From: Stappia stellulata DSM 5886
GTDB taxonomy: Bacteria > Pseudomonadota > Alphaproteobacteria > Rhizobiales > Stappiaceae
DNA: 24,000 nucleotides
Direction of reading: 5' to 3'
Assembly (NCBI RefSeq): GCF_000423705.1
Contig: NZ_AUIM01000004.1
Location: 638,587-662,586 of the forward strand
Shown here: positions 16,780 through 23,738 of the stretch, piece after piece
Numbering within the stretch: the first letter of the stretch is position 1
How the letters are laid out: each line of letters starts with the position of its first letter
The notes under the pieces: generated by a model
The model's input: the letters and a program-made list of their open reading frames with translations, nothing else
Database searches by the model: none
Told to the model about the DNA's origin: nothing
Program-made: the position numbers and the translations under genes

Positions 16780-17396
16780 CACGCCTGTCGCGCGATCCGT
16801 TTCCACAAATCGATCAGCTTTTGGGCCGTCAAAGGGTCGGAATCGAAGCTTTGGTGCATGGCGATGCCACGCAGCACGGAGAGGTGCAACTGCACCTTCA
16901 AATCGGCCTCGGCATCGTCGACATCGCCCCCGACAAGCCTGACCGTGATCCGGTCGCGCTTGCGGATCCACGACACGAGGATATCGCGCAATGCATGGCC
17001 GAGTTCGTTGTCCTGTCGCGCTGCCAGCATCAGTTCTATCGCAGCGACATAGCGGCCGTTGGCGAAGATGTTATCCCATAGCGCATCGATCAGTTCGTCT
17101 ACCGAAAGCTGTTCCTTTTCCGGATCAAGCCCGAAGGGGTAGCCGTTTTGCCACTCGCTAACCTGTCTCTCGAACGCCGCAACCAGCATGTCGTTGCGGG
17201 TGGGAAACTGGTGGGTCAGCGCCCCGCGCGAAACCTGCGCCTTCTGCGCGATCAACGTGGTCGAAATCTGCTCGTAGCCCACCTCGACCAGCGCCTGAAG
17301 GGTCGCCTCGCAAACCTTGTTCCGGGTCTCCTGCGATCGCTCGGCCTGGGTGCGCCGGGGTTTTGCAACAGGGGGCGATTTGGCCTCTGCGCTCAT
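16779..17396 (-). CDS. TetR/AcrR-family transcriptional regulator
   Basis: The N-terminal HTH is TRNKVCEATLQALVEVGYEQISTTLIAQKAQVSRGALTHQFPTRNDML. The preferred start is the ATG at 17396 (MSAEAKSPP). Confidence 0.85.
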   Translation of the reverse strand: MSAEAKSPPVAKPRRTQAERSQETRNKVCEATLQALVEVGYEQISTTLIAQKAQVSRGALTHQFPTRNDMLVAAFERQVSEWQNGYPFGLDPEKEQLSVDELIDALWDNIFANGRYVAAIELMLAARQDNELGHALRDILVSWIRKRDRITVRLVGGDVDDAEADLKVQLHLSVLRGIAMHQSFDSDPLTAQKLIDLWKRIARQA

Positions 17397-17464
17397 ACTC
17401 TGTCCAATGCTCGTGAAGTTACAGACTGATCTAACTGTTTTTGAAGCCGTTGCCAACGATCAGT

Positions 17465-17480
17465 GGAACGCCCCCGTTCC
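17465..17480. promoter_or_regulatory. Palindrome upstream of tetR (candidate autoregulatory operator)
   Basis: GGAACG-CCCC-CGTTCC is a perfect 6+6 palindrome, 70-85 nt upstream of the tetR ATG. It is flanked by the direct repeats AACGATC (17455-17461) and AACGATC (17485-17491). Confidence 0.3.
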
Positions 17481-18354
17481 GCCAAACGATCCGGCGGCCA
17501 GGGGGGCGCCTGGATGAACGCCCTGAAGCGACGCACAGGAACGCGCTTGAAAGCATGTTGACGGACCGGGAAACTTCCTCGCCCGGAGGGCATCCGGTTC
17601 ACCGCGCCATGAACAGAGTATTCAGGCGGGACGGAAAACGTCCCTCCCCTCACGACAGGGACGGCGCATACCCGTATTCGAGAGCACTTGGTCTCGCCGC
17701 GCTTCTCCTTGCGGTTCCCCGTCCCATGTCATCGCCCCATATCAAGGCGTTGCGGCAAAACCGCCTGACCCAACCGGCCTCCGACCGGTTCGGCGGCAAG
17801 GCGGCGGTCACCAACATCGACATAGCGGCCCCGCTCACCGCTTTCGCCAAGGGTGCGGACGGGCGAAGGCTCCCCTGCAAACGTCACCCACGTCGATTTC
17901 CGCTGTCGGTGGAGGGGCTCCCTAATCGCGCGGACATCTGGATCATTGTCCGTTCGGGATCACTCGTATCGAAGCGCGCGATTCAAGCCTCTTTCCAAGG
18001 CTTGAAGCAACGTCGCCGCGATTTTGCGACGTGTTCACGCAAGCGTCACCCGGCTGACCAAAAGCGAAATCCCGCAAATGCAGCGATATGAGAAAAGTGA
18101 AAAACAGCAATTCACTGCGAGGGAGACCGGACCACACACACCAGCTGCGGACAGACACAGGCGGTGCGTCTGCCCACGGTTCGTCGCGAGACCTTGTCGG
18201 GTTTTGGAGCGGTCGGGGCACGTTGCTTTTTGCCGACGACCAGACGGCGGCAATTGCCAAGCCGCTCTGGTCGGCAACGGCGCACACGTCTGGAAGTTCC
18301 CCGGCCCCGTCCCGGCGCGGCCAGGCCCCCACTGATATCTTCGAAGCCGGACGC

Positions 18355-19449
18355 CTAGCGCAAGAGGTCCAAAATCGTGTTGGTGACGGCCCGGGTGCCC
18401 ATGTCCCCGCCGAATTCCATCGGACGAATACGGTTGGCTTCGAACCCGTCTGAGACTGCGGTGTCGATCAACTCCGCAGCTTTGGACAAGGCATCTCTGC
18501 CGGTTTGCTCGGCCAGGTAGTCCAGCATCAAGCCGCCCGACAAAATGGCCGCGAGCGGGTTCGCCTTGTCTTGACCCATGATGTCGGGTGCGGAGCCATG
18601 CGCCGGCTGAAAGAGCCCGACATCGTCTCCGATTTCGGCGCAGGCCGCCATGCCCATGCCGCCCACAAGGCCGCCCGCCAAATCCGACAGGATATCGCCG
18701 AACATATTCTCCATCACCATGACGTCGAACTCCCAGGGCTTGCGGATCATGTCCAGCGCCATGGCATCGACGTAATTATAGCCGGTTGCAACGTTGGGAT
18801 AATCCACGGCGATTTCATCGAAAATCTTGCGAAAAAACGCCATGGAAGCAAACACATTGGCTTTGTCGACGCAGGTTAGCTGTCCCGGGTGGCCGCGCTG
18901 CTTTCTGCGTTCAGCGAGCTTGAAACCAAAGCGATGCAGCTTTTCCGTGGTGCTGCGTGTGATGCGCATCGTGTCGCGCACCTCATCGTCCCCCCGAATA
19001 TCCGAGCGGCCGTGGACTGCGGCCGAATAGAACAGCCCTTCCGTGGATTCGCGCAGGATCACCATGTCAATCCCAGCCGCACGGGGATCGGCGAGGCGCT
19101 GCGGCGCGTTCGGGTAGGCCTTGACGGGACGCACCCCCGCGTAAAGCCCGAAGAGGTCGCGCAGGCGCAGGTGCGGTGCGATTTCGGTGCCGTCGGCGTG
19201 GCGCACCGCGGGCAGACCGATCGCACCTAGGAAAATCGCGTCCAGCTCGCCTGCACGCTTTTCTCCGCCCGGTTCGATGTCTTGGCCGGTCTCCTGAAAA
19301 TAGCCGGCGCCAGCCTGGATCGTCTCATAGGTCAAAGGCGTCGCGCCGGCTTTGGTCATAGCCGCATCGACCACCGCCATCGCAGCCTTGGAAACGTCCA
19401 CACCGATCCCGTCGCCAGGTATCAGGGCGATGCGCAATTTTTCAGTCAT
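18355..19449 (-). CDS. Isocitrate/isopropylmalate dehydrogenase-family beta-hydroxyacid oxidative decarboxylase (tartrate / D-malate / 3-IPM dehydrogenase-like)
   Basis: Family motifs are LRIALIPGDGIGVDV, DAIFLGAIG, ILRESTEGLFY, NMFGDILSDLAGGLVGGMGMA and FQPAHGSAPDIMGQDKANPLA. The start is the ATG at 19449 (MTEKLRIALI); the ORF-track extension to 19542 is rejected. Confidence 0.85.
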   Translation of the reverse strand: MTEKLRIALIPGDGIGVDVSKAAMAVVDAAMTKAGATPLTYETIQAGAGYFQETGQDIEPGGEKRAGELDAIFLGAIGLPAVRHADGTEIAPHLRLRDLFGLYAGVRPVKAYPNAPQRLADPRAAGIDMVILRESTEGLFYSAAVHGRSDIRGDDEVRDTMRITRSTTEKLHRFGFKLAERRKQRGHPGQLTCVDKANVFASMAFFRKIFDEIAVDYPNVATGYNYVDAMALDMIRKPWEFDVMVMENMFGDILSDLAGGLVGGMGMAACAEIGDDVGLFQPAHGSAPDIMGQDKANPLAAILSGGLMLDYLAEQTGRDALSKAAELIDTAVSDGFEANRIRPMEFGGDMGTRAVTNTILDLLR

Positions 19450-19729
19450 GTGTGATGTACCTTCAAGGCTAGGGTTTGGCCCCATAAACGAGGCCGTCTT
19501 GGTTTGAGACGGATTGCGTCCCGTCAAGCGGTGAAAGCGCAAGAAATGCGACTTCTCAAGTACTTAGAAACAAGGAAAGGGCGAAGTCCGATCGCGTTCG
19601 ACGGACATGAAAATGGCCTCGCCCGGCATCGCCGGCGCGCTTGAGCGCGCAACCGGCCGCTCCGCGCGCGCCGGCCTGCGGCGTTTCGGCATTTTCCATG
19701 CGGTGACAGCGTCATGTCGGGGTCGCGCC

Positions 19730-20401
19730 CTAGAGCTGTCCCAGCCGATACTTCTCGAGAATGCCGAGCAACTCGTCAGCGGCCCGGCGGCGATGCTCTC
19801 GGAATACCCGGCGCGTGGCTTCGGCATCGCCACTCCGCAGGTTTTCCAGAATTTCGCGGTGTTCTTCGGTCGACTTTCGCGGCAGATCGCGCATGCGCAT
19901 CGTCACGATCCGCGCACGATGCGCCTGATCATAGAGCGACATCACAAACCCCTTCAGCCGCCGATTCCCTTGCAGCTCCAGAAGGGCAAGGTGGAAACGG
20001 TCATCTGCTTCGGCCCATGTGTCCAGGTCTTCCTTTTCCAGCGCCGCTTCCATGTCGCGCGTCGCTTTTTCCAATTGCGTCAGTTCTTCGTCCGACGGCT
20101 TTCGCGCGGCCAGTCGTGCGGCTGCATCGGGTTCGAGAGCAGTTAGAATCTCATATATCTCGCGCATGTCTGCCGCGCGGATCGGGAGAACACGCGCTCC
20201 GTGGCGCGGGATCAACTCCACAAGTCCTTCGGCTTCCAGCCGAATAAGCGCCTCGCGCACCGGCGTGCGGCTCATTCCCAGGCGCACAGCGATTTCAGGT
20301 TCTGGAGCTTGATAGCCAGAGGGCATCCGGTTCGTTCGGATTTCCTCCTTTAGCCGCTCATAGGCGTCATCGACCCTGCTGGACTTGGTGGCTTCGGCCA
20401 T
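19730..20401 (-). CDS. GntR-family transcriptional regulator, FadR/FCD subfamily
   Basis: The winged HTH is PEPEIAVRLGMSRTPVREALIRLEAEGLVELIPRHGARV, and it is followed by an all-helical FCD-type C-terminal domain. The start is the ATG at 20401 with the SD AGGAGA. Confidence 0.9.
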   Translation of the reverse strand: MAEATKSSRVDDAYERLKEEIRTNRMPSGYQAPEPEIAVRLGMSRTPVREALIRLEAEGLVELIPRHGARVLPIRAADMREIYEILTALEPDAAARLAARKPSDEELTQLEKATRDMEAALEKEDLDTWAEADDRFHLALLELQGNRRLKGFVMSLYDQAHRARIVTMRMRDLPRKSTEEHREILENLRSGDAEATRRVFREHRRRAADELLGILEKYRLGQL

Positions 20402-20560
20402 CTGGATTCTCCTGTTCCCATCCTGAATATGCATCAAATGAACGCGCCGTCAAATACCTCAACGAATACATTGACGGATTTGTTATGAGGTGGTTCAGTG
20501 AGCCCGGTCAACAGATTCGACCCGTTGGGGTGGCCCAGAAAGCGGGCGGGAGGAGAAACC

Positions 20561-21580
20561 ATGAAAAAGACACTGATAGCAGCGGCCGCACTGTCACTTG
20601 CAGCTACGTCGGTCAACGCAGAGACAGTATTGAAGCTGCAAACGTCGGCGCAAAGTGGCGCTTTTGAATACAAGTATCTCGAAGAGAACTGGAGCGACCG
20701 CTTGGCGGCAATGACCGGTGACGAGCTCACCGTCGAGTTCTTTCCGATCAACTCGATCGTCGACCGCAAAGAGACCCCCGAGGCTGTTATGGCGGGTGTG
20801 CTCAGCGGAGATCTGAACTCGATCGCCTATTTCACAGGCCGCAACCCCGCCTTTGCCATCCTCGGCGACTTGATCGCAGGGTATGACTCTCCCGAGCAGA
20901 TCCAGACATTCTGCCGTCACGGCGGTGGCCGCGAAGCCGTGCAAGAGCTGTGGGACGCGGTGCTGCCCGACGCCATTCACGTTGTCGGTTGCGGTGCGGT
21001 CTCGAAAGAAGCCCTGGTCGCCAAGGTGGAAATCAACGGTGTCGCCGATCTGGAGGGGGTCAAGATCCGCTCCCCGTCCGGTCTGGCCGCGTCCGTCTTC
21101 CAGAAAGCGGGCGCAGCCCCTGTGTCGATGTCCCTCTCCGACGTCTTCACCTCCTTGGAAAAAAGCGTGATCGATGCCGCGGACGCATCGGCCTACATCA
21201 ACAATTCGACGTCCGGCTTTCACCAGGTGGCAGCGAACCCGCTCTATCCCGGCATCCATTCGATGGCGGTCCGCCAGTTCGCTCTCAACAAAGACCTTTG
21301 GGAAAGCTTGACCGACGATCAGCAGCTTGTGCTCGAAACCTGGTTCTATGCCGCGTATGACGACCTGCGCCGCCAGCTTGACCTGCAGGACAAGCAACAG
21401 GTGCAAAAAGATATCGCAAGTGGCGAAATCAACGTCATCAACTGGCCGCAGGCCGAACGCGACAAGTTCCGCGCCATCGCGTCCGAGGCTTGGGAAGAAA
21501 CCGCAGCCAAGTCACCCGAAGCCCGCAAGGCACTGGATGCCCACTACGACTTCATGAAGAAAATCGGGCTCTTGAATTGA
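20561..21580 (+). CDS. dctP: TRAP transporter substrate-binding protein (DctP family), second system
   Basis: The start is the ATG at 20561 with the SD AGGAGA (20551-20556). The signal peptide is MKKTLIAAAALSLAATSVNA. The protein has a conserved Arg strand GVKIRSPSG and sits in front of dctQ/dctM. Confidence 0.85.
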   Translation: MKKTLIAAAALSLAATSVNAETVLKLQTSAQSGAFEYKYLEENWSDRLAAMTGDELTVEFFPINSIVDRKETPEAVMAGVLSGDLNSIAYFTGRNPAFAILGDLIAGYDSPEQIQTFCRHGGGREAVQELWDAVLPDAIHVVGCGAVSKEALVAKVEINGVADLEGVKIRSPSGLAASVFQKAGAAPVSMSLSDVFTSLEKSVIDAADASAYINNSTSGFHQVAANPLYPGIHSMAVRQFALNKDLWESLTDDQQLVLETWFYAAYDDLRRQLDLQDKQQVQKDIASGEINVINWPQAERDKFRAIASEAWEETAAKSPEARKALDAHYDFMKKIGLLN

Positions 21581-21595
21581 GCTGAACAAGCGAAA

Positions 21596-21620
21596 GGGGC
21601 CAGCAGCGAATGCTGGCCCC
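21596..21620 (+). promoter_or_regulatory. Strong intercistronic hairpin between dctP and dctQ (TRAP-2)
   Basis: GGGGCCAGCA-GCGAA-TGCTGGCCCC is a perfect 10 bp stem with a 5 nt loop, 16 nt after the dctP stop. No U-tract follows. This fits an mRNA-stabilising or partial-attenuation element that would favour SBP over permease expression. Confidence 0.5.
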
Positions 21621-21640
21621 GACACCGCGGGGAGAGCGAG

Positions 21641-22153
21641 ATGCAGGCGTACGTAGAAACCATGGGGAAGATCTCGGTCTTTTTGGGCAAGGCTTGCGGT
21701 GTGTTCTATCTCGCGGCCATTGCCCTTTCGGTCTACGAGGTCTTCATGCGCTACGCATTGGGTGCGCCGACCTCCTGGACATCCGAGACGATCATGATGT
21801 TGGTCGCCACCGCCTGGCTGCTTTGCGTGGGCGCTGTCACCCAGCAGCGACGCCATATCACCGTCACCACAATGGAACTCCTGGTCGGCGACAGGATCTG
21901 GAAGCGCATGAAGAAGGTCGCCATTGCCCTGTCGATGGTGGGCGTTGCGGGACTGATCGTCATGCTGTGGGGGCCGATGGTGAAGGTCTTGCAATCTCCC
22001 CAGACGACGGGCAGCGCCTTCGATCCGCCATCGCCGACCTACATCAAGACGATGTTCGTCGTTGCGGCTGTTTTGTATTTCCTTCAGCTTCTGGCCAATC
22101 TTCTGACCCCGTCCCAGGATTTGCCCGACGCCACCGAGATCGGGGGTGAATAA
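21641..22153 (+). CDS. dctQ: TRAP transporter small permease subunit (DctQ family), second system
   Basis: The protein is 170 aa with four hydrophobic segments. The SD is GGGGAGAG. Its stop overlaps the dctM start (TAATG at 22151-22155). Confidence 0.8.
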   Translation: MQAYVETMGKISVFLGKACGVFYLAAIALSVYEVFMRYALGAPTSWTSETIMMLVATAWLLCVGAVTQQRRHITVTTMELLVGDRIWKRMKKVAIALSMVGVAGLIVMLWGPMVKVLQSPQTTGSAFDPPSPTYIKTMFVVAAVLYFLQLLANLLTPSQDLPDATEIGGE

Positions 22154-23460
22154 TGGGTATTGAACTCATCACACTGTACCTTGTGGCCGCGCTGTTCACC
22201 CTGATGGCGATCGGGGTGCCGCTGGGGGCTTCGACGCTGCTGATCTCCGTCGGCACGGCCTACCTGTCCTTCGGCTCGAACGGCTTCATTCTTGTGACGT
22301 CGGCCGTCACCAAGGTCATGGACAAGCAGACCCTGATTGCGGTGCCCTTTTTTGTCTTCATGGCCAATGTTATGGAACGATCCGGGATCGCCAAGGAGCT
22401 GTTCAACTCCATGGCCATCCTCGGCGGGCGGATGAAGGGCGGCGTTGCTGTCCAGACCTGCCTTGTCGCGGTGATCCTGGCTGCCATGTCTGGAATCGTG
22501 GGCGGAGAGATCGTCCTCCTGGGGCTTATCGCCCTGCCGCAGCTTTTCCGGCTTGGCTATGATCGAAAGCTATCGATTGGCGTCTTGTGTGCGTCGGGCT
22601 CTCTGGCAACCCTGATCCCCCCCAGTGTGGTGCTGATCGTCTACGGCGCAGAAGCTGGCGTGTCGGTGCGCGACTTGTTTACCGCCGGGATCGGGCCGGG
22701 CCTGCTTCTTGCTTTCCTTTATGTCTCCTATGTCTTGATCCGCATACGGCTGAATCCGGCGATGGGCCCGGCTTACGATGCGCCCGAGGCCGAGCTCCCG
22801 TTCCTGGAACGGCTTTCCTATCTCAAGGGGCTGATCCTGCCATTCCTGTTGATTTTCGGTGTTCTCGGTTCGATTTACGGGGGCATCGCGACCGTGACGG
22901 AATCCGCCGCCATCGGCGCCATCGGTTCCTTGATTGTTGCCGCCGCACGCCGCGAGCTGACCGTCAAGAGCATTCGTGAGGCGCTCTGGGCGACAACGCT
23001 GACCACCGGCTCGATCCTGTGGTTGATCATCGGCGCGGTCAGCCTGGTCGGGATCTACAATCTGCTGGGCGGCACACGCTTCCTGGGCGGCCTTCTCACC
23101 GAGCTCGATGTCGCACCGATTGTGGTCATCATGGTCATGATGCTGATCATCTTCTTTCTGGGGACCTTCCTGGAATGGATTGCGATCGTCTTCATCACCG
23201 TTCCGGTCTTTGCCCCGGTCGTGGTTCAGCTCGGCTACGATCCGGTATGGTTCGGAATTCTGTTCGCCATGAACATTCAGATCTACATGCTGTCTCCCCC
23301 GTTTGGACCGGCGTGTTTTTATCTGAAGAGCGTAGCGCCGAAAGACGTGACGCTTCAGGAGATATTCCTGGCCGTACTGCCCTTTATCGGCCTGCAACTC
23401 ATCGGCCTGGCTCTTGTGATGGCATTCCCGCAGATTGCACTCTGGCTGCCAGGACTTTGA
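22153..23460 (+). CDS. dctM: TRAP transporter large permease subunit (DctM family), second system
   Basis: The protein is 435 aa and polytopic. DctM blocks are AVPFFVFMANVMERSGIA, AAMSGIVGGEIVLLG and PPSVVLIVYG. It is translationally coupled to dctQ. Confidence 0.9.
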   Translation: MGIELITLYLVAALFTLMAIGVPLGASTLLISVGTAYLSFGSNGFILVTSAVTKVMDKQTLIAVPFFVFMANVMERSGIAKELFNSMAILGGRMKGGVAVQTCLVAVILAAMSGIVGGEIVLLGLIALPQLFRLGYDRKLSIGVLCASGSLATLIPPSVVLIVYGAEAGVSVRDLFTAGIGPGLLLAFLYVSYVLIRIRLNPAMGPAYDAPEAELPFLERLSYLKGLILPFLLIFGVLGSIYGGIATVTESAAIGAIGSLIVAAARRELTVKSIREALWATTLTTGSILWLIIGAVSLVGIYNLLGGTRFLGGLLTELDVAPIVVIMVMMLIIFFLGTFLEWIAIVFITVPVFAPVVVQLGYDPVWFGILFAMNIQIYMLSPPFGPACFYLKSVAPKDVTLQEIFLAVLPFIGLQLIGLALVMAFPQIALWLPGL

Positions 23461-23473
23461 AAGGACATTCCGC

Positions 23474-23596
23474 ATGGATACCAATAACGAAGAGCACAAG
23501 GTCTATGGCTTCGGCTGGTGGCCGGAGATATTCGGCGCGATTGGTGTCGCTGCCCTGGTCTGGTACCTGATGGCTTTCGCAAGAGGGTCCATCTAA
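23474..23596 (+). CDS. Candidate 40-aa single-TM small membrane protein (below the ORF-track length cutoff)
   Basis: The peptide is MDTNNEEHKVYGFGWWPEIFGAIGVAALVWYLMAFARGSI. The ATG lies 13 nt after the dctM stop, with AAGGA 8 nt upstream. About two thirds of third positions are G/C by hand count. It has one hydrophobic helix flanked by charged ends, and a hairpin follows at 23611-23631. Confidence 0.45.
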   Translation: MDTNNEEHKVYGFGWWPEIFGAIGVAALVWYLMAFARGSI

Positions 23597-23610
23597 GGAT
23601 CCCGTGTTTC

Positions 23611-23631
23611 CGCCTTTGCAAAACAAAGGCG
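23611..23631 (+). terminator. Candidate terminator hairpin ending the TRAP-2 operon
   Basis: CGCCTTTG-CAAAA-CAAAGGCG is a perfect 8 bp stem with a 5 nt loop, 15 nt after the small ORF stop. It has no clear U-tract. Confidence 0.4.
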
Positions 23632-23738
23632 ACGCCTGAATTACCGAAAAGCCAAGTAACTCTCACGTAACTTGCCGCAACGCATGCGTCATGGGCGCAT
23701 GACTATGGCCGATGCATTCTTCCTGGAAAGGAGCGTAC

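Noticed and set aside
17441-18091. 216-aa ORF in the gene-less gap
   Set aside because: It starts at a TTG with no SD and is Arg/Pro-rich with no recognisable domain. Only a ~140 nt internal patch shows coding-like periodicity, and that is reported separately as a possible relic. It is not called as a gene.
20447-20477. Inverted repeat CCGTCAA-N17-TTGACGG in the gntR/dctP divergent region, as a possible GntR operator
   Set aside because: The arms are only 7 bp with a long spacer, which is roughly what chance would give in a 160 bp GC-rich region. The repeat lacks the typical FadR-type GT-N-AC core. It is kept as a note, not a call.
4753-20561. N-terminal extensions suggested by the ORF track (starts at 4783, 11142, 11254, 15601, 17456, 19542, 20437, 20498)
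   Set aside because: In each case a downstream ATG gives a canonical N-terminus (signal peptide, HTH or Rossmann-like start) with a better SD. The extension either overlaps a neighbouring gene or uses a rare start codon.
20594-23499. Antisense ORFs in TRAP-2 (20594-21406 -, 21512-21994 -, 22570-23499 -) and out-of-frame + ORFs (21610-22149, 23019-23570)
   Set aside because: They are shadows of the dctP/dctQ/dctM coding frames, with low-complexity charged translations and no start-site signals.
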